Of a stretch of 64,000 nt of DNA, positions 18,706-28,364 are shown piece by piece (the stretch's first letter is position 1; every line of letters begins with the position of its first letter). The notes under the pieces are model-generated. The model was given only the letters and a program-made list of their open reading frames with translations, searched no databases and was not told the DNA's origin. Source of the DNA: an uncultured delta proteobacterium (GTDB lineage Bacteria > Myxococcota_A > Polyangia > Polyangiales > Polyangiaceae); the NCBI GenBank assembly GCA_963716725.1, contig CAVQUB010000009.1, positions 160,001-224,000 on the forward strand, given 5' to 3'. The translations under genes and the position numbers were made by a program.

Positions 18706-21015
18706 GTTGCGAGCTGAGCTCGCGTAGCTGGGTTGGCGGCGATCAGACCACCGAGCTCGAGCTGCAGCTCGCTCTCCAGCATGCCCATCTCGGCCAGCGC
18801 GAGCAGGAACGAGAGCGTGGATTCTGCGCCCTGATTCTCGTTGGGCCGATCGACGTGAAGACCGTCGCGGCAGCCTCCGGTAGCGGGATCGTAGAGCGGG
18901 GTGTTCAGCTGGTTGTGTCCGAGGAACCAGCGAAAAGCGCGCCGCATCTCCACCGCCCAGCGCTCGTCACCGGTCAGACGAAGAGCGTCGAGACAAGCCG
19001 AGATCATCGCGCACGCCTCGACGGGTTGCTGGTCGAAGTGCGCCTTGCTCCGACCTGCGTTGGTAGAATCCGTTCGAACCGACGGGAGCGAAGTAACCCT
19101 CGGGGGTGCGCTGGATGTCGAGCAGCCAGTCCGAGGGACCGCGAGCCCTGCGGCGGTCATTTCGGCGTTGCCCATGCGCGCGCCGGAGACGATCAGCGCC
19201 TGGGACAGCCGCGCGTTGTCGTAGGTCACGTGTCCTCGAACCAGGGCCAGTCGCGCGCCCGATTGCGCTCGAACAGGGCGAGCAGTCGCTCGGCGAGCTG
19301 CTGTCGCACCGCCTCCACGCCGCTGTCGCCCTGGAACGCGCGCAGGTATTCGTCGATGCCGAGCAGGGCGAAGGCCCAGGCGCGTGGGCTGGTGAAGCTC
19401 GGGCGCCGCCGGCAGCGCGGCGTGGAACAAGTGCACCGCCAAGCCTCTGACGGCCGGGATCGCTCGATCGACCGACCACGCGCACCCAGCGCCCAGAGCG
19501 CGCGCCCGTGGCTGTCCTCGGAGCCGCACTCCTCCGTCCACGCCGACGGTAGGACATGAAGTTGCGGAAGCGACCCAGCTCCGAGTTGAAGGCGTAGTTC
19601 ACGAACGCCAGGTAGCGCGAGGCGAGCGCACGAGTCGTCGCGGTGTCGTCCGTGCCCGCGCCTTCGAGCAGCGCCATGAGCAGCAACGCCCGCGCGTTGT
19701 CGTCCAGGCAGTAGCCGTCCTCGTAGCGCGGAATGGTGAACGCGGCGTGCTGCAGCAGCCCTGTCGAGTCCGTCATCGCCCGCAGGTGCCCGAGGTTCAT
19801 CTCCGGCAGCTCGATCGGACGCTTGGCCAGCGTCTTGGCCTCGAAGGCCGTACGACGCACGGTCGCGTGCTCGTGAAGCGCGCGCTCCAAGGTCTCGACG
19901 TAGCGGCGAGCGACCGCTGGCCAGACCATGTCGCGGCCGTACGCGGCGGCGCGGTCCCGAGCGCAGCGAGCTCGGTCGGGTTGCCCAGGAGTCCGCTGAC
20001 GGCGCGGGCCAACTCTGCGGAGTCGCGCCAGGGCACGAGGACGCCGCGTCCCTCCGCCAGCAGCTCGCGCGCGTAGCGATAGGGCGTCGAGATCACCGCC
20101 TTGCCCGCGCCGACCGCGTAGGCCAGCGTGCCCGAGGTGATCTGCTCGAGGTTCAGGTACGGCGTCACGTAGATGTCGGCCGCCGACAGGAACTCGACCA
20201 GCTCCGGCAGGCTGACGAAGCGGTCGTGGAAGATGATGTTGGCGTCCACGCCCAGTCGGCTGCGCCAAGAGTCTCCAGGCTGCGGCGATAGGCTCTCGCC
20301 GTGCCGTTCCTTGACGTGCGGGTGCGTCGCGCCGAGCACGATGTAGACGGCGTCCGGGTGTTGCGCGACGATGGCCGGCAGCGCTTCGATCACGTACTCG
20401 ATGCCCTTGTCGGGGGACAGCAGCCCGAAGGTCAGGATCACGGACTTGCCGTCGACACCGAGTTGGGCCTTGCTGGCGCGAGTCTGCGGCACCTCTGGGA
20501 TGCCGTGCGGGATGAGGTCGATCTTGGACGCGTGCACGCCGTGCACTTCGTGCAGCAGCTCGGCGCCACGTTCGCTCATCACGACCAGCCGGGTCGAGAG
20601 TCGGACGAGCTCGTCCATCACTCGCACGTTGGTCCGGATCTGGGTTCGCTCAGGATGGTGTGCAGCGTGGTCACGATCGGCATCCGAAGCTCGCGCAGCA
20701 GCGACAGCACGTGGCTGCCCGCTCGACCGCCGAAGATGCCGTACTCGTGCTGAAGCGAGAGCACGTCGCCGCCGCCCACGTTCAGGAAGTCGGCAGCTCG
20801 CCGGTAGGACACGAGGTCGCTCTCCGCGATCTCGAAGCGAACGCGCTCGCCGTAGGCGTGGCGCTGGCCCGGGTCGTTCATCGCCACCACGAAGCAGTCG
20901 AATGGCAGGAAATTCCTGCCGAAATGGCCTGCGTCAGGTCGGTCGTGAAGGTTGCGATGCCGCAGCGCCGGGGCATGTAGTTGCCGAGCAGTGCGATCTG
21001 GCGAATCTGTTGCAT
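18702..21015 (-). pseudogene. GT4 glycosyltransferase fused to a glycosidase-like C-terminal domain, broken by multiple frameshifts (probably sequencing errors)
   Basis: Co-linear fragments in different frames: GNYMPRRCGIATFT, QHEYGIFGG, TFGLLSPDKGIE, QITSGTLAYAVGAGKAVISTPY, GLLQHA...GYCLDDNARAL, TYDNARLSQAL, FDQQPVEA, GGCRDGL...NENQGAESTLS. Confidence 0.85.
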
Positions 21016-21159
21016 GGGCGCTCTCAGTGAGCGCGCGTTGGGGGGCGACGAGATTCTGGTCGCCACGCCCGACGAGTAGAATGCCGACCGCAGTGTGGCC
21101 GCGATGAGCGAGGGCGGCAACCTCGTGCCAATTTGCGCTACTGAGCGCCGATCTGCTCG

Positions 21160-21723
21160 CTAAGCGCCGATCCGAAAGAAGGTCCCGCCCGCCGCGGTGA
21201 GCGCGGTCGGCTCATTCTTGAACTTGCGTCCCAACGCTTCGAGCGCGTCGGTGTCGGCGTAGAGCCCGGCGCCCCATCCCTCGGGTGAGTCCGCTTCGTC
21301 GTAGTGCGCGGCGGTCGCGGCCCACAGCGCGCGACGCAGCGGCTCGCTAGGGCACGACGCCACGGCCACGAACACGCCGTTCAGTTCCGGCAACTCGCTG
21401 CCCACTTCGTCGTCAATCCAGCGGCCGCCGTAGGTCAAGGCGCCCACCGTCGAGAAGCCCTTCTCGAGCAGCCGCGCGCGCACCAGCTTCAACCACGCGA
21501 TGGGATCCTCGCTGTGGTCTCCGTCGGCGACTTCGAGGTAGAGCGCATGGCCGAGATCGAGAGCGCGCACGTCCTGACCCAATGCGAAGATGCCGAGCGC
21601 TTCGCGCCACGCCCCGCGAAACTCACGCCAGAGTCGGGCGAATTCCTCGGCTTCGAGGCTGTACTCCTGCTGCTCGATGTCGACCCAGGCCACCAGCAGA
21701 CCGAATGCGTTTTCGTCATCCAT
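21160..21723 (-). CDS. Degenerate class III nucleotidyl-cyclase-like protein
   Basis: LLVAWVDI, DLGHALYL (GD replaced by GH), STVGALTYG, SEPLRRA, GLYADTDALEAL follow the cyclase motif order. Confidence 0.55.
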   Translation of the reverse strand: MDDENAFGLLVAWVDIEQQEYSLEAEEFARLWREFRGAWREALGIFALGQDVRALDLGHALYLEVADGDHSEDPIAWLKLVRARLLEKGFSTVGALTYGGRWIDDEVGSELPELNGVFVAVASCPSEPLRRALWAATAAHYDEADSPEGWGAGLYADTDALEALGRKFKNEPTALTAAGGTFFRIGA

Positions 21724-21978
21724 CGCCAGCTCGGACTTAGCGCGCGCCGGAAAATAATGGAACGATTTGTCGGCAACTCGAGGCGAGTGGGCGCCGGTGC
21801 GGGAAGAGTGAACCGCCAAGGCGCCGAGGTCGCCAAGAATGTGGGGTGGCAAGAGCCCAGTACGGATCTCGACCGCACCCATCCACGTCGCGTGGACGCT
21901 CTCCTACTCGAAAGCCGCTCGACTCCGACGCGGACCCCCGCATCACTTTCAACCTCACGATCGCCAGGGTCGGCGTGA

Positions 21979-23385
21979 TCAGAACCCGAAGTCGGGCGAG
22001 GGCTTCGCAGTTGCCGTCGGCTTCGGCTTGGGAGTTCGCGGCGGGGCGGGTGCAGCGGGCTGCGTGGGCGCCAGCGTCGGGCGAGGGCGCCGGGCTGGTG
22101 GCTCCTCGCTTGCCGGCGGCGCGGGTGGTGACATCGAAACCGGCGCGGCAACTTCGGCGCTCACCGACACCGCTGGGGGCTCCGATTGCACTACCTCGAC
22201 GCTGCTCGGCTCGGGCGGGGTGCGCCCGAAGGCAAGCAGCGCGGCGACGGCGGCTAGTGCCGCCGCCCCGGCCACCGCGACCCAAAGCCAGCGCTTGTGC
22301 GGCGCCGGAGTGGCAACCGGCAGGGGCGCAGCGGCCGCGAGGGGCTCGGCGCGGGAACGCGCGGCGGGTCGCTCGGTCGGGGATTCTGCGAGCGGCGGCA
22401 GCGTCGGGTTGAGGTCCATCTTGATCTCGGCGAAATCCGCCTCGAGCCAGCTCGTTCGAAGCGACGTAGCGCAAGCGTCTTCGCGTACACCGCGTTCGTA
22501 GAGCCAGAGCGCCAGCGCCTCGCCGACCGCACGCATCGACTCCCAGCGCTCGTCGGGATTTTTCTTCATTCCCCGATCGATCAGGCGCCACAGATCCGCG
22601 TCTCCGGCTCCCAGTCGCGTGGTCGGGGCTGGATCGTCGTTGATGATGGCGGTGAGGAGCGCGTTGTAGTTCTCTCCGGTGAAAGGCACCGTCCCGCAGA
22701 GCGCCTCGTAGAGCATGACGCAGAAGCTCCACACGTCCGTGGGGACGCCGACGTCAGACTCACCCCGGGCTTGTTCGGGAGACATGTAGTCGGGAGTGCC
22801 GACGATCGCGCCTTTGGCCGTGAGCCGACGTTCGAACCGAGTGTGGCGGGCGATGCCAAAGTCCAGCAGCTTCGGCTGCACTCGCCCAAGATCGTCGGCG
22901 GCGATGAAGACGTTCTCGGGCTTCACGTCTCGGTGCACGATGCCCGCTGCGTGCGCCGTCTGCAGCGCATCCGCGATGGGCAAGAGGAGCTGCGCTGCCC
23001 GCGTGCTGGCCAGCCGCCCCCGGTTCCGAATCGTGTCGTACAGGGTCTCGCCGTGGAGCAGCTCCATCGCAACGAAGGGGTCTCGACGGTCCGTCTGCCC
23101 GAAGTCGAACACGCGAACAATCGCAGGGTGACGGAATCGGGCCGCCGCTCGCGCCTCTTGCAGCAAGCGCTCCCAGTGAGTGGGCGGCGCGTCGGGCTCC
23201 AAGTAGATGATCTTGACGGCAACGTGCACGTCGAGGAGGGCGTCGTGGGCCACCCAGACCGTGCCGAAACCACCCTCGCCCAGCCTGCGAACCAGGTTGT
23301 AGCGGTCCCGAATCACCTCCCCCGAGCGGTAGCGCTCTTCGTCGGGAGCCATTTCGGACTTGAGCGAATGGCTAGGCGTGCCCAT
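21979..23385 (-). CDS. Transmembrane Ser/Thr protein kinase
   Basis: LGEGGFGTV, VAVK, HRDVKPEN, DFG, GTPDYMSPEQ; TM helix and Pro-rich tail ending DFGF. Confidence 0.95.
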   Translation of the reverse strand: MGTPSHSLKSEMAPDEERYRSGEVIRDRYNLVRRLGEGGFGTVWVAHDALLDVHVAVKIIYLEPDAPPTHWERLLQEARAAARFRHPAIVRVFDFGQTDRRDPFVAMELLHGETLYDTIRNRGRLASTRAAQLLLPIADALQTAHAAGIVHRDVKPENVFIAADDLGRVQPKLLDFGIARHTRFERRLTAKGAIVGTPDYMSPEQARGESDVGVPTDVWSFCVMLYEALCGTVPFTGENYNALLTAIINDDPAPTTRLGAGDADLWRLIDRGMKKNPDERWESMRAVGEALALWLYERGVREDACATSLRTSWLEADFAEIKMDLNPTLPPLAESPTERPAARSRAEPLAAAAPLPVATPAPHKRWLWVAVAGAAALAAVAALLAFGRTPPEPSSVEVVQSEPPAVSVSAEVAAPVSMSPPAPPASEEPPARRPRPTLAPTQPAAPAPPRTPKPKPTATAKPSPDFGF

Positions 23386-23441
23386 CGTCGGCCGAGTTCT
23401 TGATCATGCCCGCTGGCGTCGCCACGAGCAACCGCCAGCGA

Positions 23442-24891
23442 TCACGGCTTGAATCGCTCGCCTTTGCCGGTGAGTGTTGCGCCGGTTCGACCGCCCCAGA
23501 TCAGCAACTCCTTGCCAGTCCAGACGCCGGCGCCGAAGGCGTGCCACTCGGCGCTCGGCCATTGGGGAACGGGCGTCCACTTGGGCGTCGTGCCGCTCCC
23601 GTCGTAGACGGCGCCGTCTCTGAGATATACCCCTGGAGCAGACAGACCACCGGCGATGACGATGACGTTGTCCGCAACGCGCGCTGCCCAGCCGGTCTCT
23701 CGCTGCGGCGCCCAACGCGCCGTCGGCGCGGCAACGCTGGCGAGCGTGGTCCACGCGCTCCCGTAGTAGCGCTTTCCGTCGGCCTTGGCGTTGTTGTCGT
23801 CGCCGCCCCAGACCCAAAAGCCGACTCCGTCCCACGCGCCGAATGAGCCCCAGCGTCCCGATGGGCCTTTCCCGATGGCGCTCCACGCTCCGGTGGTCAA
23901 CTCGGCGCGATGCGCCTCGTCAGTCTTCGTCGTACCCGCTATCCGTCCACCGTGCACGTACAAGCGATCGGCGGACGCCGCCCAGGCAAATTCGGTGCGC
24001 GCGCTCGGTGGGACGCCGCTGGTCACGACTGACCAACTCTTCGACGGGAGGTCGAACGAATGAGTTTCGGGCACGGGTTGACCGGCCTTGTCCCAGCCGC
24101 CCCAAACCAGCACTGTCATGCCGACCGCTGCCATCACCGGCGCACGCCGTTCCTTCGGGGCGGCGGGGATCGGCGTCCAGCTCGCGCTCGCAGGCTCAAA
24201 CAAAGCGCCGTCTTTGTAGTCAGCAGTCCCCGCGGCGTCGCCGCCGCCGAACACCATGACTACGCCGCCGACTTCCAGCGCGGTTGCCAGCACTCTCGGG
24301 CTTGGGGCCGAGGGGCTCGCAGGGACCAGCGTCCACCCAAGCGTCTTCGGATCGGCTTCGAATGGATCGTCAGATCGCCGCGTCACCGAGGGCCGTTCCA
24401 GTCTGATCCGCGCCGCCGAAGAAGAACACCCTCGAGTCGACTCGAGCAAACGCCATCCGCTCTCGGGCCGGGAAACTGGTCGGTGCCATCGCCACCCATC
24501 CTGAGCCGCACTTCCCGAAGTTGCAGGGTCGACCCTTCGGACACGCCGCAGCGCAAGCCCCACAGTGGCTCGCGTCTGTTTGCAAATCGACACAAGCTCC
24601 CCCGCAGCAAGTGTCACCGCAGCCGCCGCAACCGCCCTCGGAGGCGTCGGAACTGTCGGATGCGTCGGAACTGTCGGAGGCGTCGGAGGCGTCGACTCCG
24701 CCGCCGCCCCCACCTCCCGTGGTTCCTCCCGCTGCGCTGCTGCCTCCGCTTCCGGCCGTGATCGTCCCGCCACTTCCCGCCGATCCGCCTCCGCCGGATG
24801 TGGGTGCGACGATCTCGTAGTCGTCGGAGATCGGCGGGCAGCCCGCGGTGAGGCCAGCGCAGGCCGCGAGCAGGGCCACCGTCCGTCGCAT
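23442..24891 (-). CDS. Kelch-repeat lipoprotein with Cys-rich MXAN_6577-like motif; one +1 frameshift near 24371
   Basis: LTAGC lipobox; CVDLQTDASHCGAC; repeated FGG/WGG...W blades; removing one base restores AAIYDPF. Confidence 0.8.
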
Positions 24892-25903
24892 CTAGAACGT
24901 CCCCCCGAGCCCGACCGCACCGACGCCTACGTAGGCGGAGACGCTCGACGGCTTCGATTCGTCCCCGACCAACCAGAACAGCGCAGCGGCCGTGGCCAGT
25001 CCGGCCGCGCCGACCCCGTACCCAATCCACGCGATGGTGCGCTGGGTGCGATACGCATCCAAGTTGTCCCGCTCCGACGCAGGACAGCTGCTCCCGTCGC
25101 AAGCTTGCTCGAGCGCCGCGGACTTGCGCTGCGCCGCGAGGCCGAACCCGACGCCCAACGCCAGCCCCGTCACTCCCGCTCCCGCGGCCACGAAGCCCCA
25201 AGTCTTACGCGAGGATCCTCCGCCGCCCGCACTTCCCGGACCTGCGCTCTCGGCGCCGGCGCCCGCGCCCGTGTCCACTGGGGCGAGCGAGAGATCCACG
25301 TCCCGGCCCTCGCCTTCGGCGACCTCGACGCGCTGGGTGGCCGAAGACACGCCGGGAAGTTTCGCTTCCACCAGGTGGACTCCGGGGTCAACGGTCCGCA
25401 GTACCCCAATCAGCTCTTTGGGCACGGGCTTGCCATCCAACTTCACGGCCAACGACGGCGAATCACTGCCCTTACCCACGATGCGCAGGCGGATTCGCGG
25501 AATGCGCGTGCGCAGCCGCTCCACTTCGTCGCCTGCCTCACGAACTGCAACGCGAAATGCTTCGGGAGCGTCTTCGGGCAGCGTTGCGCGGCGCGTCGCT
25601 TCGTAGCGCTCGTTGGCTTCGATCAGACGCCCCAGCTTCGCGAGGATGCGAGCGTGCCAGATGCTGATGGTGGGGGCCGGAACGAGCTTGTTCGCACGCT
25701 GGATCAGAATCCAACGCCCGCGCGTAGTCACCGGCGTCGTGCGCGACGACCGCACCGCGCGCGAGCTCGCGCGCGGCGTTTCGCACGTCTTCGCTCGCAG
25801 CACTCGGTCCGACCGGGGCAGCCCCGGCTGGCCCCGCACAAAGCGCCACGACCAGCGTCACCGCCGACGCGGCGACGTACTGGCGAACTTGTCTACGGGA
25901 CAC
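24892..25903 (-). CDS. TPR/PEGA-type exported protein; one +1 frameshift near 25708
   Basis: ARELARGAV...GDYARALD joined to LIQRANKLVPAPT...ARILAKLGRLIEA; VDPGVHLVEA; C-terminal LGGTF. Confidence 0.8.
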
Positions 25904-25974
25904 CGTCGTTCAGCCTAGCCGCTCGGTCGGCGCATAGCCAGGCCCGGCGCTGCGCGGCGAAGCGGCTCAACCGC

Positions 25975-26400
25975 TCAGAGCAGCAGCGGAGGAGCGCCGG
26001 CGCGGCGACGGATCGCGTTCAGTGCTGCCCCGACCTTGGGGCGTGCCACCAGCCGCCGAACGAAGCCGCGCTTGCCCGGAAAGTCCAAGAGCACCAGCGA
26101 CACCAGGATGGTCAAGAGCCCCTGCCCTGGCAGCACCAGCATGGCGATACCCGCGACGAGCAACAGCACGCCGACCAGGTTCTTGAGTGCGCGAAGCACT
26201 CTGCGCCGACCGCGATCGCGGATCGGGCTGTGCGCGACGGCGTGCTCGTGCTCGACGAAGTAGTCCCGGGGCAGCCGGGCCACGAACCACGGAAGCGCGA
26301 TCACGCTGCCCACGAGCAGACCCAGTGACACCACCGTGACTGCTCCGATCACCTGCGGCGTGATCAGCCAGTCGGGGACGTGTGATCGCAGATCGGTCAC
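25975..26400 (-). CDS. PGPGW-family membrane protein
   Basis: LPRDYF, KNLVGVLLLVAGIAMLVLPGQGLLTI, DFPGKR. Confidence 0.85.
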   Translation of the reverse strand: MTDLRSHVPDWLITPQVIGAVTVVSLGLLVGSVIALPWFVARLPRDYFVEHEHAVAHSPIRDRGRRRVLRALKNLVGVLLLVAGIAMLVLPGQGLLTILVSLVLLDFPGKRGFVRRLVARPKVGAALNAIRRRAGAPPLLL

Positions 26401-26409
26401 GTGGAACGC

Positions 26410-27786
26410 CTAGTCTCTGGCGCGAGCGCGGCGCGCCGCTTCCACCGCGGCCAGGCCGGCCCGGGCTTTGTTGCGGGTCTCCTCGGCCTCGAGGGCCGGC
26501 ACGCTGTCGGCCACGATGCCGGCGCCGGCACTCACCTCGAAGCGCCCGTCGCGGAGCACCACCGTCCGGATCGCGATGGCAAAGTCGAGGTTTCGTCCAG
26601 CGCTGACATAACCGACCGCGCCCCCGTACACCCCCCGGGGCCGCTGCTCGAGCTCGCGGATGATCTGCATGGCGCGGACCTTCGGTGCTCCGCTGAGGGT
26701 TCCGGCGGGGAAGGTCGCCCGCAGCACATCCCACGGACCCGCGGACTCGGTGAGCTCGCCCGCCACCTCGCTGACGATGTGCATCACGTGGCTGAATCGC
26801 TCGACCACCATGCGCTTCTCGAGCCGTACGCTGCCGGCGCGGCTGACGCGTCCAACGTCGTTGCGCGCCAGATCGATCAGCATCACGTGCTCGGCAAGTT
26901 CCTTCGGATCCGAGAGCATCTCTTCAGCGAGGCTCTGGTCCTCGGCGGATGTCCTGCCGCGCCGTCGGGTGCCCGCGATGGGGCGCAGCGTGACCGTCGA
27001 ATCTTCGACGCGAACCAGGGTCTCGGGGCTCGCGCCCGCGAAGTGAAGCGCGGGCGAGCCCTCACGGGCGGGCAGCTCGAACAGATACATGTAAGGCGCC
27101 GGCGACAGCACCCGAAGCGCCCGGTACACGTCGAAGGCCTCCGCGCGGCCGGCGGGCACCGAGAACGTTCGGGCGACGACCACCTGAAACGCGTCGCCGG
27201 CCAAGATGTACTCTTTCACGCGCCCAACACGGCGTTCGTACTCCTCGTCGCTGGTATCAACCTCGACGTCGATGGGCACCGACGCCGCGTCCGGCGCTGG
27301 CAGCGGCGCGAGCGCCGACGTCCGGGTCAAGGCCGCCTCCACGCGCTCGACCTCGGAGGCGCGCGTGCCTGCAATGGTCGCCGTTTGCTCCAGGTTGTCG
27401 AAGACGACGACGGTGGGCTCGCTGAGCAAGCGCACGATGGCCGCACGGCGGTCCGGCCACGGGTCCACCTTGAACGCCGAGTGGACTGCGTCGTAACTCA
27501 CGACGCCAAAGTGAGAGGTCGCGAGCCGGCGAGCGATCTCGGGTTCGTCATCCGCTGTGCTGGGTAGAACTTCCGACAAGCTCCCGAAGGGATCGCACCC
27601 CGGCTCGGCCTCGAGTACGATCTCTCGCGCGGGCCGCACCCCGATGATCGAGTAACGCCCCCAACGTTCGCCGGGCACCACGCTCTCCAGGAGAAAACAC
27701 CCGTCCTTCGAGTCGCCGCGGAGCGCCGCGTAGGCCCCGACGGGCGTGATGCCGTCCACGACCAACGTCTTCTCGAACACGGGCAT
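26410..27786 (-). CDS. trpE: Anthranilate synthase component I
   Basis: FLLESV..GERWGRYS, GDAFQVV, GASPE, PIAGTRRRG, KELAEHVMLIDLARND, FPAGTLSGAPK, GAGIVADS. Confidence 0.9.
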   Translation of the reverse strand: MPVFEKTLVVDGITPVGAYAALRGDSKDGCFLLESVVPGERWGRYSIIGVRPAREIVLEAEPGCDPFGSLSEVLPSTADDEPEIARRLATSHFGVVSYDAVHSAFKVDPWPDRRAAIVRLLSEPTVVVFDNLEQTATIAGTRASEVERVEAALTRTSALAPLPAPDAASVPIDVEVDTSDEEYERRVGRVKEYILAGDAFQVVVARTFSVPAGRAEAFDVYRALRVLSPAPYMYLFELPAREGSPALHFAGASPETLVRVEDSTVTLRPIAGTRRRGRTSAEDQSLAEEMLSDPKELAEHVMLIDLARNDVGRVSRAGSVRLEKRMVVERFSHVMHIVSEVAGELTESAGPWDVLRATFPAGTLSGAPKVRAMQIIRELEQRPRGVYGGAVGYVSAGRNLDFAIAIRTVVLRDGRFEVSAGAGIVADSVPALEAEETRNKARAGLAAVEAARRARARD

Positions 27787-27826
27787 CGCCCTGGAGTTCT
27801 ACCAGCTTCGTGTATGATCGACATCG

Positions 27827-28318
27827 ATGCGTGTCGGGTTTGGGTTGTCCTTGGTCGTTTTGGCACTGGCGGGCACGTCGTGCCGAAAGATCAGCGAGCG
27901 CACGCTGCGCGACACCGAGTCCCGAAGCGTCAAGGCCACCTGCGATAGGGACGGCGAGTGCAAGCTCGTACTCTTGACGGGTGACCACGCCGCCGACAAA
28001 ACCGATTTCGTGATCCACCGGACCGGAAACTTGGTGGCCCTGTGCGACGTCGGGGCGACCAAGAAGCCCGACGCCACGACGGACTGCCGCGCCCTCACCT
28101 GCGAAGGCGACGGCGATTGCCCGCCAATGCACGGGCTGAAGAACGGAACCTGCATCAACGGCCTGTGCCGCGAGCCCGCCGCGACCATCGGCGTGGATGA
28201 CGCGGTGCTGCTCTGCCTCGCCGGCACCGGCCTGGGCACGACCCAGCCGGACCGGCTCGCCATGGCGCTGCAATGCGGGAGCCCCTGCCGGGTTCCGACT
28301 ATCTGCCGGCAGCCCTGA
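27827..28318 (+). CDS. Cys-rich lipoprotein
   Basis: LAGTSC lipobox, many Cys. Confidence 0.7.
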   Translation: MRVGFGLSLVVLALAGTSCRKISERTLRDTESRSVKATCDRDGECKLVLLTGDHAADKTDFVIHRTGNLVALCDVGATKKPDATTDCRALTCEGDGDCPPMHGLKNGTCINGLCREPAATIGVDDAVLLCLAGTGLGTTQPDRLAMALQCGSPCRVPTICRQP

Positions 28319-28364
28319 GCGACCGGTTCCATCGCGCAAGGATCCGGCCTAGCGTCCCGGCCCA

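Noticed and set aside
21117..21130. Sigma54 promoter TGGCACGAGGTTGC on the minus strand upstream of the GT cluster
   Set aside because: GG-to-GC spacing is 9 nt rather than the required 10; worth rechecking after polishing because the region has indels
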